Shown here: piece after piece, positions 1-13,988 of the stretch | Position numbering within the stretch: position 1 is the first letter of the stretch | Layout: each line of letters starts with the position of its first letter | DNA from: Azolla caroliniana | Lineage: Eukaryota; Plantae; Polypodiophyta | Direction: 5' to 3' | Assembly: GCA_043228905.1 (NCBI GenBank) | Contig: JBHGNT010000016.1 | Span: 15,748,001-15,812,000, forward strand | Length of the DNA: 64,000 nt | The notes under the pieces: model-generated | Databases searched by the model: none | The model's input: the letters and a program-made list of their open reading frames with translations, nothing else | Told to the model about the DNA's origin: nothing | Program-made: the position numbers and the translations under genes

Positions 1-2554
1 CTCCTCTTGCAGGTCCTTAAGTAGCTGCTTCAACCATATGGCTTCGCATGTCGCGATAGCCGCTCCTCGGTACTCAGCTTCGGTGCTCGACAATGCAACT
101 GTCGGCTGCTTCTTACTGCTCCACGCGATCGCGGCACTCCCGAGGGAGAACGCGTATCCAGACGTGGCTCGGCGATCAGCAGCGTTGCCAGCCCAATCAG
201 CATCGGTGTAGCCGACTAACTGCGCGGCTGCCCCGGTCCGATATAGCAGTCCCCGGTCCTTAGTGCCGTTGACATACCGAACTATGCGTTGCGCACACTG
301 AAGGTGCTCCTCGGTAGGTCGCGCCATGAACTGACTGATCACTCCAACCGGATAACTGAGGTCGGGTCGGGTGATGGTCAAGTATATGAGGCTTCCGACA
401 ATTTGTCGGAACCTCGTCGGTTCGCATACCTTTCCTGTATCGGGACGAAGCTTGACGGTTCTGTCCAGAGGAGTCGAGACAGACTTACAGTCGGCCATCC
501 CGAATTTGAAGAGCATACTCAGCACGTAATGACGTTGGCTGATCAATATGCCTTCGGGGGTACGGATCACTTCGATTCCGAGAAAGTAATGAAGGTCCCC
601 CAGATCCTTCATGTCGAATGATGCCGCAAGCTGGAGCTTCACGCGGTCGATTTCACCTAGGTCGGCGCCGGTGATGACCAAGTCATCAACATATAGTAAA
701 ATACTAACCGGTCCGAGTCGACCTTTTCGGATGAACAGGGAAGAGTCCGATTTTGACGTGACGAACCCCATCCGACGCAGTTGTTGCGTGATCTTCGCGT
801 TCCAGGCACGCGGAGCTTGCTTCAGTCCGTAAAGGGACTTCTTCAGTCGGCATACTGCCGAAGAGTTCATTCCAGAGTGAAATCCGGGGGGTTGTACCAT
901 GTACACCTGTTCCTCAAGGTCACCTTGCAGGAATGCATTCTTTACATCCATCTGATGTAAGTGCCACCCCTTCACCGCAGCTACCGCGAGCAAAACATGG
1001 ACGGTCGTCATTTTCGCGACCGACGCAAATGTCTCATCGTAGTCGATGCCGTGTTTCTGCGCATAGCCCTTTGCCACTAGCCGAGCCTTGTACCGGTTGA
1101 TCGAGCCATCGGTGTTGTACTTGACCTTGTACACCCACCTACATCCGATCGGCTTTACCCTTGTTGGTGCGTCAACCAAGTCCCAGGTCTCGTTCTCCGC
1201 CAATGCGTGCATCTCTTCCTCCATCGCGGCACGCCAATTCGCGGCTTTAGCCGCTTCTGCGTAGCTCTCCGGCTCACGCACTTCCGCTACACGGTTCATG
1301 TACGCATAATGATGCGCCATGTACTCATTGTATCCGAACCGCAAAACAGGGTTCTTCTGGCGGGTAGATCGGCGTAATCTCACTTTAGCCGATGTCGAGG
1401 CCTTCTCGGTCGACGCGGACTTCACCTTTAAAGACTTGTCACCGGTTCCCTCGGAGTCGGACTCGCGTCGGTCTGACTCGTTCCTATCCGTGCCGGAATC
1501 CGACACCTTCTTCTTCCCTTTCTCTTTGCGTGTAAGCCGTCTCCTCGGCTTCCTGCGCGGGGAATGCACGGCCGAGTCTCCAATACTCGCCGACTCTTCA
1601 TCGGACTGATCATACCGACTCAATCGTCCAATCGGTCCACTTAAACAGAGTGAAATCGGACTCTCTTCGCGGGTCTCGATTTCGGGCTCATCCGGAGGCA
1701 TCTCAGCCTCGCTGACCTCATCGTCAGAACTCGGATTGGAGTCGGGGTTCGAAGTCGGGGGCTGGTACCAGGACATGGACTCGTCAACCACAACGTCGCG
1801 GCTAACACGCGCTTGTTTGGTGCGAGGGTTATAGCACTTATAACCCTTCTGCTCGTCCGAGTAACCGACCAAGATGCATTTCTCGGCCTTTGCGTCCAGC
1901 TTCCTCCTTTTCTCCTTCGGTACATGCACATATGCAATGCTACCGAACACCCTCAAGTGTCGCAAGTTCGGCTTCGTTCCGAAATACAACTCGTGTGCCG
2001 ACACTTTGTCTCCGATCTGGTTCTGGATGTATACTGCGGTCCTTACCGCCTCGGCCCAGTAGAACTTGGGCAAGCTCTTCTCCTCCAGCATTGCTCGTGC
2101 CGCTTCCACAACTGGCCGATTCTTCCTCTCGGCCACGCCATTTTGCTCCGGCGTGTATCTACAACTGAATTCGTGCCGAATTCCCATTTGTTGTAGATAA
2201 CCGTTGAATTGACCAAAAAAGTACTCTTTCCCGCCATCCGACCGCGGGCACTTGATCTTTCGTCCCGTTTCCGTTTCCACGAACCCTTTGAGGTTCCGGA
2301 AACAGTCGAAGACTTCGCTCTTCCTCTCAATGAGGTAGATCCACGTGTGTCGCGTGTGGTCGTCGATGAAGGAGACGAAATATCGGCTTCCGCCAAGACT
2401 AACGTTTTGTGTCGGCCCCCATACATCGGAGTGTATAAGGTCGAGCTTGTTCCGGCTCCGGTTTCGCTCGTTGGGGAAAGGAAGTCGGTGTTGCTTCCCG
2501 AGCTGGCAGGCTTCACAAATTTGTGCCTTTCGGCCACTAAATTTGGGCAATCCT
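1..2554 (-). mobile_element. Ty1/Copia internal fragment (integrase-RT-RNase H), runs off the left edge; same family as the copy at 33117
   Basis: Minus strand is near-identical to 35090-36160 (+) over integrase (HSDVWG, RSDGGKEY, FYWAEAVRT). It continues into RT ([27 protein letters not shown]) and RNase H (GYTDADWAG, ALSSTEAEY). Breaks at ~2554. Confidence 0.9.
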
Positions 2555-2875
2555 CGGTAGGGCACCTTGGAATACATCACACACTTGTTCTCATCTCCAT
2601 TATATTATATTGGCGTAAGATGCGCCATGATAGACATAGTTGTGTGACTAAATGTCACCAATGTTAGGTTAAAAAGTTGAGCGACTTAAAGTCGTTGGGC
2701 TTTTACATCCCTTGAAAATTCCCAACAATAAGTGGGAAAGTATAACCATGGATTTTATCGTTAGCCTTCATCACACCCAAAACCATGATGCCATCTAGGT
2801 TGCAGTTAATAGACTAACTAAATGGCCAGATTTATTTGTTATTAAAACCACGGTAACAACTCCGAAACCGCCATA
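2555..2875 (+). pseudogene. Degenerate Gypsy (chromovirus-like) integrase fragment
   Basis: Translates as GHLGIHHT...CHQC...GLLHPLKIPNNKWESITMDFIV (HHCC finger plus first catalytic Asp), with stop codons. Confidence 0.7.
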
Positions 2876-2889
2876 CTCTATGGTCTCAA

Positions 2890-4012
2890 CACTAAAGAAT
2901 TCGCTTTATGGTCTCAAACAAGCTCCACGAGCTTGGAACTCTAAAATCACGCAACGGTTGCATAAGATAGGGTTTGAGGTCTCCAAATCCGACTCTTCTC
3001 TGTTCATCCAGAAAGGTTTGAACTGTCTCGTGTGCATATTATTGTACGTGGATGACATGATCATCACCATCTCCGACCTTGTTGAATTGACCAAGTAAAG
3101 TCCCAATTGTCGAATGCATTCGAAATGAAGGATTTAGAGGACCTTCATTACTTCCTCAAGATCGAAGGGAAGAACAACGGTTGTGATGATAACCTAGAAC
3201 ACGAACCAACTGAAAGGAGGAGAGCCAAAGATGGAGCCGAATCGACTAATGAAGTCAAAACATCTGGTAGAGCCAAAGTAGGCGGCAAAGGGGATAGAGT
3301 CGAAAACAACAAAGCCGACAGGAAGAAAAAGACTAGGACCAGGAGGTGGTCGAATGTGGTCAAGGTCTTGAAGGAGAACAAATTGGAGAGAGCCAATTCG
3401 GACAAGAGCGAGAACGAATCGGAGTCAGCCGATTTGGTCAAGTGGTTTGATTCGGATGAGTTGAATTGCATGAAGACCAAGTGAACGAAAGGGCGGCCAA
3501 GGCTGACACCAATACAGAGGACTAGATGGGTCAAGGGGCACCCATACTATGATAGCGATCGAGCTCAGATGAGCCTGAAGAGGAGACAAGCCGACTAAGG
3601 AGCACGTGCCCGAAGACAAGCTAGCAAGAGCAGTCGAGGCGAGGAATCGATAGAGTAGGAGGAACCTCATGTTAAGCTTGAGGGAAAGTGTTGAGAAGCA
3701 AGCTCAACATGGATCAAATCGGCTAAGGAAGCCAAGAGCCGGATCGATAGGGAGTTGGATTGGCGGGGAGTCGGCAGGTCGTTAGAGGCCTACACTCCTA
3801 GTTTAGTAGGTAGTTATATCTTTAGGGGCCTACATTCCTATGCTAGTAAAAAGAAATATTTTGGCTCGAGTTAGTGTTAGGCTCTTTCATGAGTATTAAA
3901 GTACTGATAGTACTTGTGTCAACCCATGTCAGGGCTTGTATAAAAAGTGCTCTCTGAGCACATTTATATGTACAAAGCATAGTATTTTTGAATCAAGATT
4001 TTTAGTCTTCTG

Positions 4013-4069
<57 letters not shown>

Positions 4070-4161
4070 TCCCACGTTCTGTGTTTCTCCATTTTTTCTC
4101 TGTTGATGTCCGGTTGAGCCAGTTGTGTTTTGTTTAGCTTCCGCGCGTAAATCTTTTTAGA
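2890..4161 (+). mobile_element. Internally deleted Copia 3' fragment: RT piece, charged 3' tail, PPT (~3680-3688) and 3' LTR (3689-~4161)
   Basis: SLYGLKQAPRAW...LLYVDD at 2895-3060. GAGGGAAAG is followed by TGTTGAGAAGCAAGCTCAACA, homologous to the LTR starting at 33117. Confidence 0.75.
4016..4068. repeat. (TG)n microsatellite inside the Copia LTR
   Basis: Directly visible. Confidence 0.98.
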
Positions 4162-5879
4162 AGACGAGTCAAAAATGTTACAAATTGTGATACAACTTAC
4201 TATACTCAATTGGTGTATGTTGGGGTTGTTATTGATTTTATTCACATAAGTAAGAAACGAGTCTAGGACAAAGTTAAACCCTAAAGACACAAAGGAAATG
4301 AAGGTTGCATTATTGAATCACGTTGACATTATGGCTTGTCCCAGAAAATGAAGGGTCACTCATGGATTTAGTCACCTTTGGAATGCGCTCTTTTGATGAC
4401 GACACAAATCAACCTCTCTCCCTCTCACTCTCTTTGCCCCATAGAGATGCACAGAGAGATCAATGGGATGTTATGGCTAATTAGCTTTTGCTTAAGATAA
4501 CAAGATTCATATTGAGATAAGAATCGCTCGTTTGACTCAATGATAACCGTTTCAAATTGGGGGATATTAATGTTGTCAACACAAGATTATGGGTTGACAC
4601 AAAGGAATGGACAAACTTTGTGCGCCTTGGTGAGGCCTCCCTGCATCTCACCACCATGATGGAGGATCCTCGCACCCTGGCCTTGCTTCGTTCCTCTTAG
4701 AGCTAAGGGGAAATAATAGTAGGAAGAGTGATACAAAGACTGATGATGAAAGGGAATAGAGGAGATGGTCGTAGATAAGGCTAACCAAGGAGAGTTATTA
4801 CGGAAGGAAATAGGTGTAATAGTAGTTGTAGAGACCCGAGAGCGAAAGAGAGTAACTCTGGAACGAAATGTATACCGAAGCAAAGAATTATAAGAGATGG
4901 TTTATTTGGACAACTCGAGACTAGAGTCGAACTGGAATGGTCGACAAGAGTGAGGAGGCATCATTTTATAGTGGGTCAGGGAGGCTTCATTATATAGTGG
5001 GTCATGGAGGCTTCTAGTGTTTTCAAGGATGTTCTAGAAAGTTCAAGAAAATTCTATATTGTTCTAGTGACTTTTATGATATAATAAAGCCTTGACACAT
5101 GTATACATATGTGACTTAAGGTTTCGAGCCATGCCATGACGTGTTGGCCATCATCCTTCCTAAGCATTTGACTTCCGCTTCCAAATAAAAATTAATAATA
5201 CTTCTTAAATCATGCACCTATCTTATATCGTTCCAACAAATTTTGAACCCTTGAACTTTAAACCATTATAGGGTAAGTTCCTAGCATTAGAACTATACCT
5301 TTTTGTTGTTTTGAGCTTCATCCTGACACATTTTCTTCTTGTTGTAGCACCATCCTAACCTTTCACCATTTACAAACTTGGAATTTCACACTTTTCTTCT
5401 CATGAACACACCACATCATGATAACATGTTAACGAGTGAGCTGCAGTGGCCATTGGCCATTGGAGGTGTCATAGGTTAAGGAGACTAGAGTTGAACTAGA
5501 ATGGTCGACAAGAGTGAAGGGGGCTTCATTATATAATGGGGTGTAGAGCATTCTTGGGTTTTCTAGGATGTTCTAGAAAATTCAAAGAAGTCCAAGGCAA
5601 CATCCAAGTTCATCACTAATCTAAATATAGTATCGTGTTTTCATGTTTTCAAATTTTATTATTAGATTAGATTTTTATTTTTTTTAGCGTCCATAGAGAG
5701 GACATTATTGACCCATGGAACCAAAGTACACAAGTTTTCTTGATGTGTGCCTCCTTCCTAAGAAGGGATATTCATTCTTTGAAGCACAAAGTCTACATTT
5801 GTGAATAAGGCATACAAATTAGTTGAACCTGCTAGGTGTTCTCTTTAGTGTGACACCCAATTCATCACCCCCTCTAAAT

Positions 5880-6480
5880 ATGACATTATAGCTTTCACAA
5901 ATTGTATTATATGTAAAACATGTAAAAACCAAGTCATACTCATCCTCTACATGCCTTTCTATTTGGTAGATTTTGATGGCATAATGCAACTTCAATACTA
6001 GCTTGTGCGATCAAATGTAGAGTGTTTGGGCTCTATGAGAATTAGTACTCATGTTAATAATGACAAAGTTGAATACAATCAATAGGCCTCCTCACCTCAT
6101 ATTGAACCCAAAATTTAGGCTGATATTTGGAATATAATATTCTAATTTTATCTTTTTAGCCTCTTCTAACTTTTCCTTGGTAGTTCCGTTAACCTTTCCT
6201 CAATAACTATATATTTCCTAGCATCACCTAAAACCTCAAAGAGAGATTCCACACCCAATCTTTTGAACCATTTTTTGAGGTCTACCAAACTAGATGAGAG
6301 AATTTTTGTCTTGTGATTCTTTTGTATTTTACATCCAACATTCCACACAAGATGTGGAAATCTATGATTTGGCATATTCTTGACTTCTGAAATATATTTA
6401 TATACTCTTTGTAGCACCATTTCTATAGGTCCAGCATCTATTTCTAATAGCATTAACCTACATATAAAGTTTAAATGATC
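5880..6480 (-). pseudogene. Probable non-LTR retrotransposon (LINE) ORF2 C-terminal relic
   Basis: LEIDAGPIEMVLQRVYKYISEVKNMPNHRFP followed downstream by VEDEYDLVFTCFTYNTI resembles the post-RT region and the EDExH..C zinc knuckle of LINE ORF2 proteins. Heavily decayed. Confidence 0.45.
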
Positions 6481-7711
6481 TTGGCTTTTGAGTCATTTAC
6501 GTGAATCTATGTTCGAGAAAAACTTTGACATGAAATTCTCTAGACAATATACATGTGGTATAGAATAGGGCCGACTGCCACATTGTATTGTATCCTATGT
6601 AGAGGCAAATGCACATGTCTTGATCTTACATTTAATACAACCAAATACACTAAAAAAGTACCAAAGAATCAGGTAAGACATAAATGAAATGCAAATTAGC
6701 ATATTGTGCAAAAACACACTTAAATAGTAACAAAACGGCTAAGACATTATATGTTGCTAGAGAAGTTGTTGGAGACTTGTCCACATACATAAGTCACAAA
6801 TTTAAATCTCTAATGTCTTGCATCTCTCTTAAAAGCTTTTGCACCTATAATTTTTAACCCTTGTACAAATGCAATAAGAATTGACGAACTAATAAAAAAT
6901 CCTTTTAATGTGACGTGGTCAAAGCTTGCTCCAGCCTCACAATAAAAGTGTGTACTCCCATAGCAAGCTTTAGTGTGATGCATTAAGATGTTTCATCTGT
7001 TATTCTCTTTGAAACCCATTGAGTGGAATATGACGATCATAACTAAACAGGTGCGGCCAAAGTGACCATTCATATCATTCATTTGTCCCGCTGTAAACAC
7101 CGAGAATTCACCATGGTTGCTTTCTTTCCATCTGTCCTATGGTCTAGGCATGTGATATCAAAGCACCATAAATGGGCAAAAACCCTAAACCACTCAAGTC
7201 CTCCCTCACCCTTGACAAAATGAGCTACCGTTGGATTTCGTAACCTCATTGAACATAATAATTAGGTAGTCAAAACAATCTTGTCATCATCTCATCAACC
7301 AAAACAGCTCCCCTTGACTTGAATACATATATCATTATGTGCCGAATTGAAAACACAATAGGAGAGTCAGGAAGATTGACAATGGCAACCCCTCTAAATG
7401 CCTAAAATCCTCAACCCTAAACAACACACATTAAAATAAAAACCTTTAACAGCCCTAAATTGTGAAGGCTTATGACTTGTGAACAAGGAAATGCAAGTTG
7501 CTCTATTTGTAGATTCTAAAGCTCCAATCACTTGTTTGCATTAAGTTCCAACCAATCATTTGCATATTGTATATAGTATGAATCCAATGATACAATCACT
7601 TTGAATATTTAAATGCAAACGATGGAGAGAATCGTGTGGCAAATGTGTTCAACCATAACAACTAGATACAGATGGACTTATTCCATTTCCGAAACTTTCT
7701 TCTGTTCTAAA

Positions 7712-10427
7712 TTATACCTTATCCTGGAAGAGATATTGAAGCAATGAAGCTACAACAGCTACACTAAGACTGTTACCCAATAGAGCATACCTGGAAATTA
7801 GAAAACGAAATTAAGATGTGATTATAGGATAGGAACATTAAAATTATGAACCGAAAAAACAGTACTTGAAGGGATTTTGTGATAGTATTCCAAACCTTTG
7901 CTTCACTGTTACATGGCTTGGAAAGCTGAAATCCTTCGGAAAAGAATGGAGGTTTGCAATCTGAACGCATCAACAAAAGTAATGACTCTACTGTCTATAA
8001 CAATGTTATTTAGGGTCAAAACAATAACTGCCTTTTCACTATTCTGAACGTTATATTATATGAGCGTTTGCTCATTACCTCTCTAGGAGTGAAGTATCGC
8101 AAGCCCAACTCTTTTAAGAAATCTATGCTTTTTGGCACCACCGATGCATTTAACTCCTCTGTAGACTGAAATTAGGATTAAACGATTTTTTGTTTTCAGA
8201 AAATTGAAAATGTCAGAGAACAAAGTGTATAGATTAAAGAATCGTAGATGAAGTAGAGGGAAGCATAATGAATAATATAGAGATAGATACAAATTACCTT
8301 TGTTGTAATAAACGAGCCAGTGCCCTTGATGAAACGCCCATAACTCTTGGTGAAGCAACAACACTTCTTTGAAGTCGGGCTAACAATATCTGAAGAAGAA
8401 AAAAAAGGAAATGGTACAGAGTATTTTAAATCTAACAGACAAACAAAATAACCAAACATATGTGAAAAAAAAAACTTACCAAATACATCACTCCATCGAT
8501 CGATTAAAGAATCCGATACTTTATAGAACTCCACATCCTTTCCATCCTTTCCTTCATCAAGGATAAGGTCTTTTTCTAGATATTCTCCAATAGAATGACA
8601 AGGATAATTTTCCTCAAGTTCCACATCTCGGGTCTGTGACAAAGGCCGAAGAAGTATTTGATCATCAAATTCAGGATAGACGAAACAAAGTGGTTCTCTT
8701 TTCGCCTGTATGAAATAATATATATAAGCATTTTATGATTCCATGTACTAAAAGTAATCCATCTGTTCAAGCGTGTAATGAAACATCACAAACCAGGCAA
8801 AAGTATCGCGGACGCGAATACGGAATCCCGAATTGATGTGGTGTCAAAATAAACTCCTGAATTGAGTATCCTTCTTGCTTCAAAGCTTTAATAAGGGATT
8901 CGTGACTAATCGAGCACTATTTTCCACAACCACAACAAGAGTCGTATGTGTAAATAAATGTAAAATATGGAAATAAGGTCCATGGAATTTTTTAAACACT
9001 ACTTGCCTCGAAAGTATCAGAACATACTTGCCTCGAACCCCACAACATTCTCCACAAACAAGTAGGTTGGTGGCCGCAGCATCAAAGGAAGCACCTCCAG
9101 TAATCTCAAGAAAGATGAGGCTCTTGAATCTCTTGCATCTTTCTTTAAACCTGAAATTTTCATATTATTCAAATATACCAAGGATTATAGGGAGATCATC
9201 TATGTATACAATGAAAGTGTAAAATCTGTAGTGGTTTCTTGCACACCTTGTCGAGTGTATGGTTGACAAGGAGGAGAGAGAAGCCATGCATCTGCTGCAT
9301 AACTATCAAGCTTCTCAACACTAAGATGCTGAATATTTCCCTGGACTTGATCAAATTGATTGAGCATAAAAAGTACACAGACTCCATCAGAATGGAATCA
9401 ATGCTAAAAACAAACATAGACATTAATTCCTTGAAGTTGAAAGCTGCCATGGTTATTATTGTGGTAAATAAACACTTCGGAAAGAACTCAGGAGATTGGT
9501 CATCATGTCACACCAGAAACCATGGTTATCCCTTCTCTTCTTACCATAGTTCAAAAAAATTCTCACCTTCGGATACAAAATGAGATTACAAAAGTTTAAT
9601 AGTTCAGGAACGATTCTCTATAACGAAACTCAGAAGAAAGCACAAGCATATAAGCATCCATTACAATTATGTATCTCCCTTTAAGATTATGGAAACTAAA
9701 GTTATTCTACTTAAACTTGCAAGTAACCAATTCTGCATAAGGAAATTGAAGAACATTATTACTGTTGTCACCTGATTAGGTCGATGGCCAAAATTGTATT
9801 CATAGACATCATTTGCCATGTCATTGATCTCAAAAGCCTCTACTACCGTTGCTGACACACCACATTGTTGCAAAGCATATCTCTTTACCACATCAAATAA
9901 AAACAAAAGTGCTCCTCAGTGAAAAGGAAACCCTAATATTTAAGCCTTCTATAAGAAGTTGAAAAATATAGCAGGAGAAATCTAGTTCACGATAGATATC
10001 ATTCTCTTGATTACTATCCAAAATCGCTCTTCTGGCGATAAAAAGAAAAGAAACAAAAAAGGGAAGAAAACCCTTCTTAAACTATGCAAGCTCTCGGAAA
10101 TAGGAATTCCATACAAAAGCAAAGCCGAGCAAAAAAAAGGACGTAAATGCTTCATAAACTATGCAAACTCTGGGAAACCGAAATTCCATACAAAAGAATA
10201 GCCGAACAAAAAAGGGGAAGCAATTTCTTCCTAAACTATGCAAGCTCTCGGAACAGAAATTCCATACAAAAGAATTGTCGAGCTTTACAGAAATGAATAA
10301 AACATAAAATTAAAGGCAGAAGTGTTCTTAAACAGGGCAGAAATGAAGCAGGTATTGGAACGAGAGGTTAGAGTGCTACCATGCCACCGATGCCACTGTA
10401 GAATTCCAAAACTCGGGATGTGGCCAT
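7712..10427 (-). CDS. DNMT2: tRNA (cytosine38-C5)-methyltransferase DNMT2/TRDMT1, ~347 aa, 10 coding exons
   Basis: Exons (minus): 10380-10427, 9772-9882, 9247-9340, 9032-9150, 8794-8916, 8480-8705, 8298-8389, 8079-8165, 7896-7960, 7712-7790. All phases join in frame. Motifs: [12 protein letters not shown] (I), AFEIND (II), [12 protein letters not shown] (IV), ENVVGFE (VI), [12 protein letters not shown] (VIII), the DNMT2-specific [15 protein letters not shown] (IX), LLGNSLSV (X). Introns are GT-AG except intron 4 (GC-AG). Confidence 0.95.
10075..10285. repeat. Three diverged copies of a 77-bp unit in DNMT2 intron 1
   Basis: AAACTATGCAA...AATTCCATACAAAAG recurs at 10079, 10156 and 10233. Confidence 0.85.
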
Positions 10428-10662
10428 GGTCTCTTCGCCGTCGATATCGCTCGCTTGCTCTCTTTCTCTGTCTGTTTCTCTCTGTGTAAAACAGAGTCAG
10501 AGGCACAGAGATAGGCACTTCGAGGTTTTGTGGTTTTGGGTAATTACGAAACAACCCCTCGGGTCAAGGAGAGTAAGTGAAAAGACAAAGATGCAGCAAT
10601 TACCCGAATGAGACACACACCATGGGTGTCTAGGTCTGATCGATGTATCCATCAATCGTTTC

Positions 10663-10703
10663 GTTTGTCTGTGATGATGATGCATTGATCATCACAGACA
10701 AAC
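10663..10703. repeat. Perfect 16-bp inverted repeat with 9-nt spacer upstream of DNMT2
   Basis: GTTTGTCTGTGATGAT (10663-10678) / ATCATCACAGACAAAC (10688-10703). Confidence 0.9.
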
Positions 10704-11105
10704 AAATTTCATCAATACATTTCACTTGCATTGATCAATAAGATGTGCTCGAGTCTTGCACCACAATACGCTACCCAAGCTTTCAAAGTCCTTTAGGGTT
10801 TAGTTTGTCATGAAGGATGATGCACCCTAGTATGCTAGTTGTCATATGAGATACAATCTTTAGGGTTTAGTTTGTGGTGATCGAAATATATGACAAGACA
10901 TGTGTTGCAACTCATTATTGAGCTTTGTTATAACTTATAACTTTGAAGACATAGAAAGAAGGAAGGCACCCCGTCGTCGTATGAGGTGACAAGTTTAGGT
11001 CATGTTTGATGGCCATAATCTTTATGATCAAATCATGCATCTCAAATTACAATATAGTGGGATTTGTGATTCATTGATCAAATCACACACTCTGTGGCAT
11101 GTCCA

Positions 11106-12013
11106 TGTCATGCCCCTCCTTCCTTTCACACTGACATCACCCTAACGGACCTTTACATGCTAATTGGGAGACTCCTAAAATACCCTCAAACACACCAACA
11201 AAATTTACATTGTCGTGAAGATTTCTGACTACGGTGAGAAACTCGGGTAGAACAAATAAAATGGGGATGTGCAACATTGCACATGCACTTGTAAATTTGT
11301 ATAATGAGAATAAGATAACAAAATGTAAGGGGAAGGGTAATAATCTAAGGTGCACCATGAGTTTCATAGAGGCATAAAGGTGATGTGCACTTTGTAGACT
11401 AGAGGAAAGTACATGAAGAATGGGTGTAGGGAGTAGTGGGCATTGAGTGTGAATGTGAGAGGAGAGAGAGTTAAAGGCCCACCGATTTAAGATCAAGGAG
11501 AAATATTCCTCATTGAAAGAAGGGGATTTGACCTCTCATTTTTGTAATGTGCCTCACCCCTTACTACTATAAAAGGGAGTGAGGGGTCTCTTGTGAAGGG
11601 GTTGCCTATTTTGAGTGAGAGAGGTATACCACTTAGGTCAAGGGTTTCTATTTCGGTTTTAGGATTTCGTCTAGGGTTTTACTATTCTTCTTCTTCTTCA
11701 TACCATTTCGGGTTTAGTGTTTGCTTAGGGTTTCTTCTTCATCATCTTCTTTACTTTACTTATCCAGTTAGGGTTTTCTTGTAGTCATTTTGGTGCGGCC
11801 TATGCGACTATGGTTGTAATCGTTCGCGGGGTCTTAATATAACTTGTTGTGTATCTTGCCTCCATCTATCTTCTTGTTCCATCCATTCTATGTTTATGTT
11901 CTAATCTTTCTCCTCTCCTCTCGAGCTAAGCTTCCATTCCCCCTCTACTCCCTAGTCCATGACCCTTGCGGTCCCACCTAAGATCTTACACGTACTCGCG
12001 GAATACCGCGACA
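11106..12013 (+). mobile_element. Possible old solo LTR
   Basis: TGTC...GACA ends, CTATAAAAGGG TATA at ~11567 followed by CT-rich/TAGGGTTT-rich sequence. No matching TSD found. Confidence 0.3.
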
Positions 12014-13354
12014 ACGCTCCTACTCACTCACCCATACATAATTAAAAACAAAATTACACACTCCTCATATGTATTGATATACACTTGTATATGTATACAT
12101 AAATATATATATATTCACACACACACAAACACATTCAAGCACATTTAGTCTCTACAATTTACACATACATGCTCCTTGCACATTAACATACACATAAACA
12201 TGTACATTTATATATATATAAGAGACAAATAGGTAAGTATATTTATAATAAGCTAAGACATACTTAAACACATACATATACACATGTACCCCTACACTTA
12301 TAATTGCACATAGATTTCCATGCACAAACACCAACAAACATTATCAATGTTTGTCTACAACATCCGAAGGAGGATGAGAGCCATTATAACTAACAACTAG
12401 GATGGTCCCGAACTCATCAATTCGAGCTAATCCCATTTCTTTGGTTCAAGTCCTTGGTGGTCCTACTCACATTTCACATGCACACGTGTATGTAACTTTG
12501 TGGCAACATATTCCAAGGTTCTTTAGTGATGGTGCTTAAAAGGATTCAAAGAAGATTTCTCGTTTTGACCTCAACTAAATTTGGAGCACAAACCTTTCCC
12601 ACATGATTGAGATGAACATTAACAATGTAGAAGGTTCCCTTTGAGCATGTAGAGTCTATAAGCACTAATACTAGCTTCACCTCTTGCTGAAGATTTGTAA
12701 AGGATAGAGTCATCAAGGTATTTCCCTCAAATGTGATTATAATGATCAAAACTTTAATGAAATTAATAATGTTGAACCTCATGAATATGACTTAAGACAT
12801 TGATGATTGTATTGACAAATTGTTTACAAAATGAGCTTCATTGATTGTGCCATACGACCCATATGGTGTTGTTGGTCACAAAATATTTCAATTGACAACT
12901 CACGTAACCCATGAAGAAGCATGCACTGACACTTGCATTACCCTTCCATTGAGTACCATAATCAAGAAGCTTCAAAGAATGTCACATCTTTTAATGATTT
13001 GGGAATGTCAAACAGAAATATCATCACCGCATGAGCACATACAAATTAGAAGCCTGAAAGGTAGTAAAGATTTTGTTGTTGTTGAAAGGACAAGCATGCT
13101 TTGTTGAGAATCGATTCGTAAAACCACAAGATCAAACGATATTGAAAATACACAACATAGCCACACAATGACACAGTACACAGAGATTTAGGTGGAAACC
13201 CAAAAAACGGGAGAAAACCATAGGAGAAGAAAAACTTCACTATACAGTGGATGTCAAGGACAGAGATTACAACACTCTGATTTTGAGTGTATCAACCACA
13301 CAGGGTTCTTGGCGTCTGCTATTACACACACAACTATGGCGCCACTCTCTCTTT

Positions 13355-13358
<4 letters not shown>

Positions 13359-13400
<42 letters not shown>
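13359..13400. repeat. (CT)n microsatellite in the Copia G LTR
   Basis: Directly visible. Confidence 0.95.
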
Positions 13401-13402
<2 letters not shown>

Positions 13403-13548
13403 CGCATAGCTCACTCACGTCTGTTTACCCTAAATGTGTATATCTACAGATACATCGTATATATATATTTACAATTGTAGCCATTGCTACATATAATTTT
13501 TTATTATTATTACTATAATAATAATAATCTGTTCAAACAATTGACTCT

Positions 13549-13981
13549 TGTTACCGGCCGGCAAAGGAATCCAGAGTGGGAAACGGAGAGCTAATTAAGT
13601 AGTAGGAATGTGGTTGTAATTAAGCTATGAGTGTGGACGGACGGACCGGAATCGGTATGCCGTTCCGGATCTGGACCGATCCCGAACAGGTGCGGATGGC
13701 ACCGTTTTGTAATACAGACCGGAAACCTATTTAAAGGCCTGGATACAATGTAATAGTTAGCGGTTAATTAATGAAAGCTTAAGCGTTGTTATATCTCTGT
13801 GTCAATTGCCGTTCTGTCTTAATTATTATATCTTACGCGTGTTATGAAGACGATCCTAATAAGTAACTTAACTAAGTCAGATTAAGCGTTGAAGTCTAAT
13901 CCGGTTGCCGTAACACCCTTTGGTGAAGTGTCTCACGTAGACACCCTGTGTTAGGCCATTGTCCGGCCCGAAGAGTTAACA
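13549..13981 (+). repeat. 5' LTR of element A
   Basis: Direct repeat of 23063-23495. TATA-like TATTTAAA at 13728-13735. Confidence 0.95.
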
Positions 13982-13988
13982 CAGTTTT

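Noticed and set aside
4290-5600. Diverged direct repeats (~4915-5050 and ~5480-5590) as an intact small element
   Set aside because: Probably old LTR debris. I could not define termini, a TSD or coding remnants.
7712-10427. DNMT2 beside many retrotransposons as a linked defence or methylation system
   Set aside because: It is an ordinary intron-containing host gene. TE-dense surroundings are normal in such genomes and nothing links it physically to the elements.
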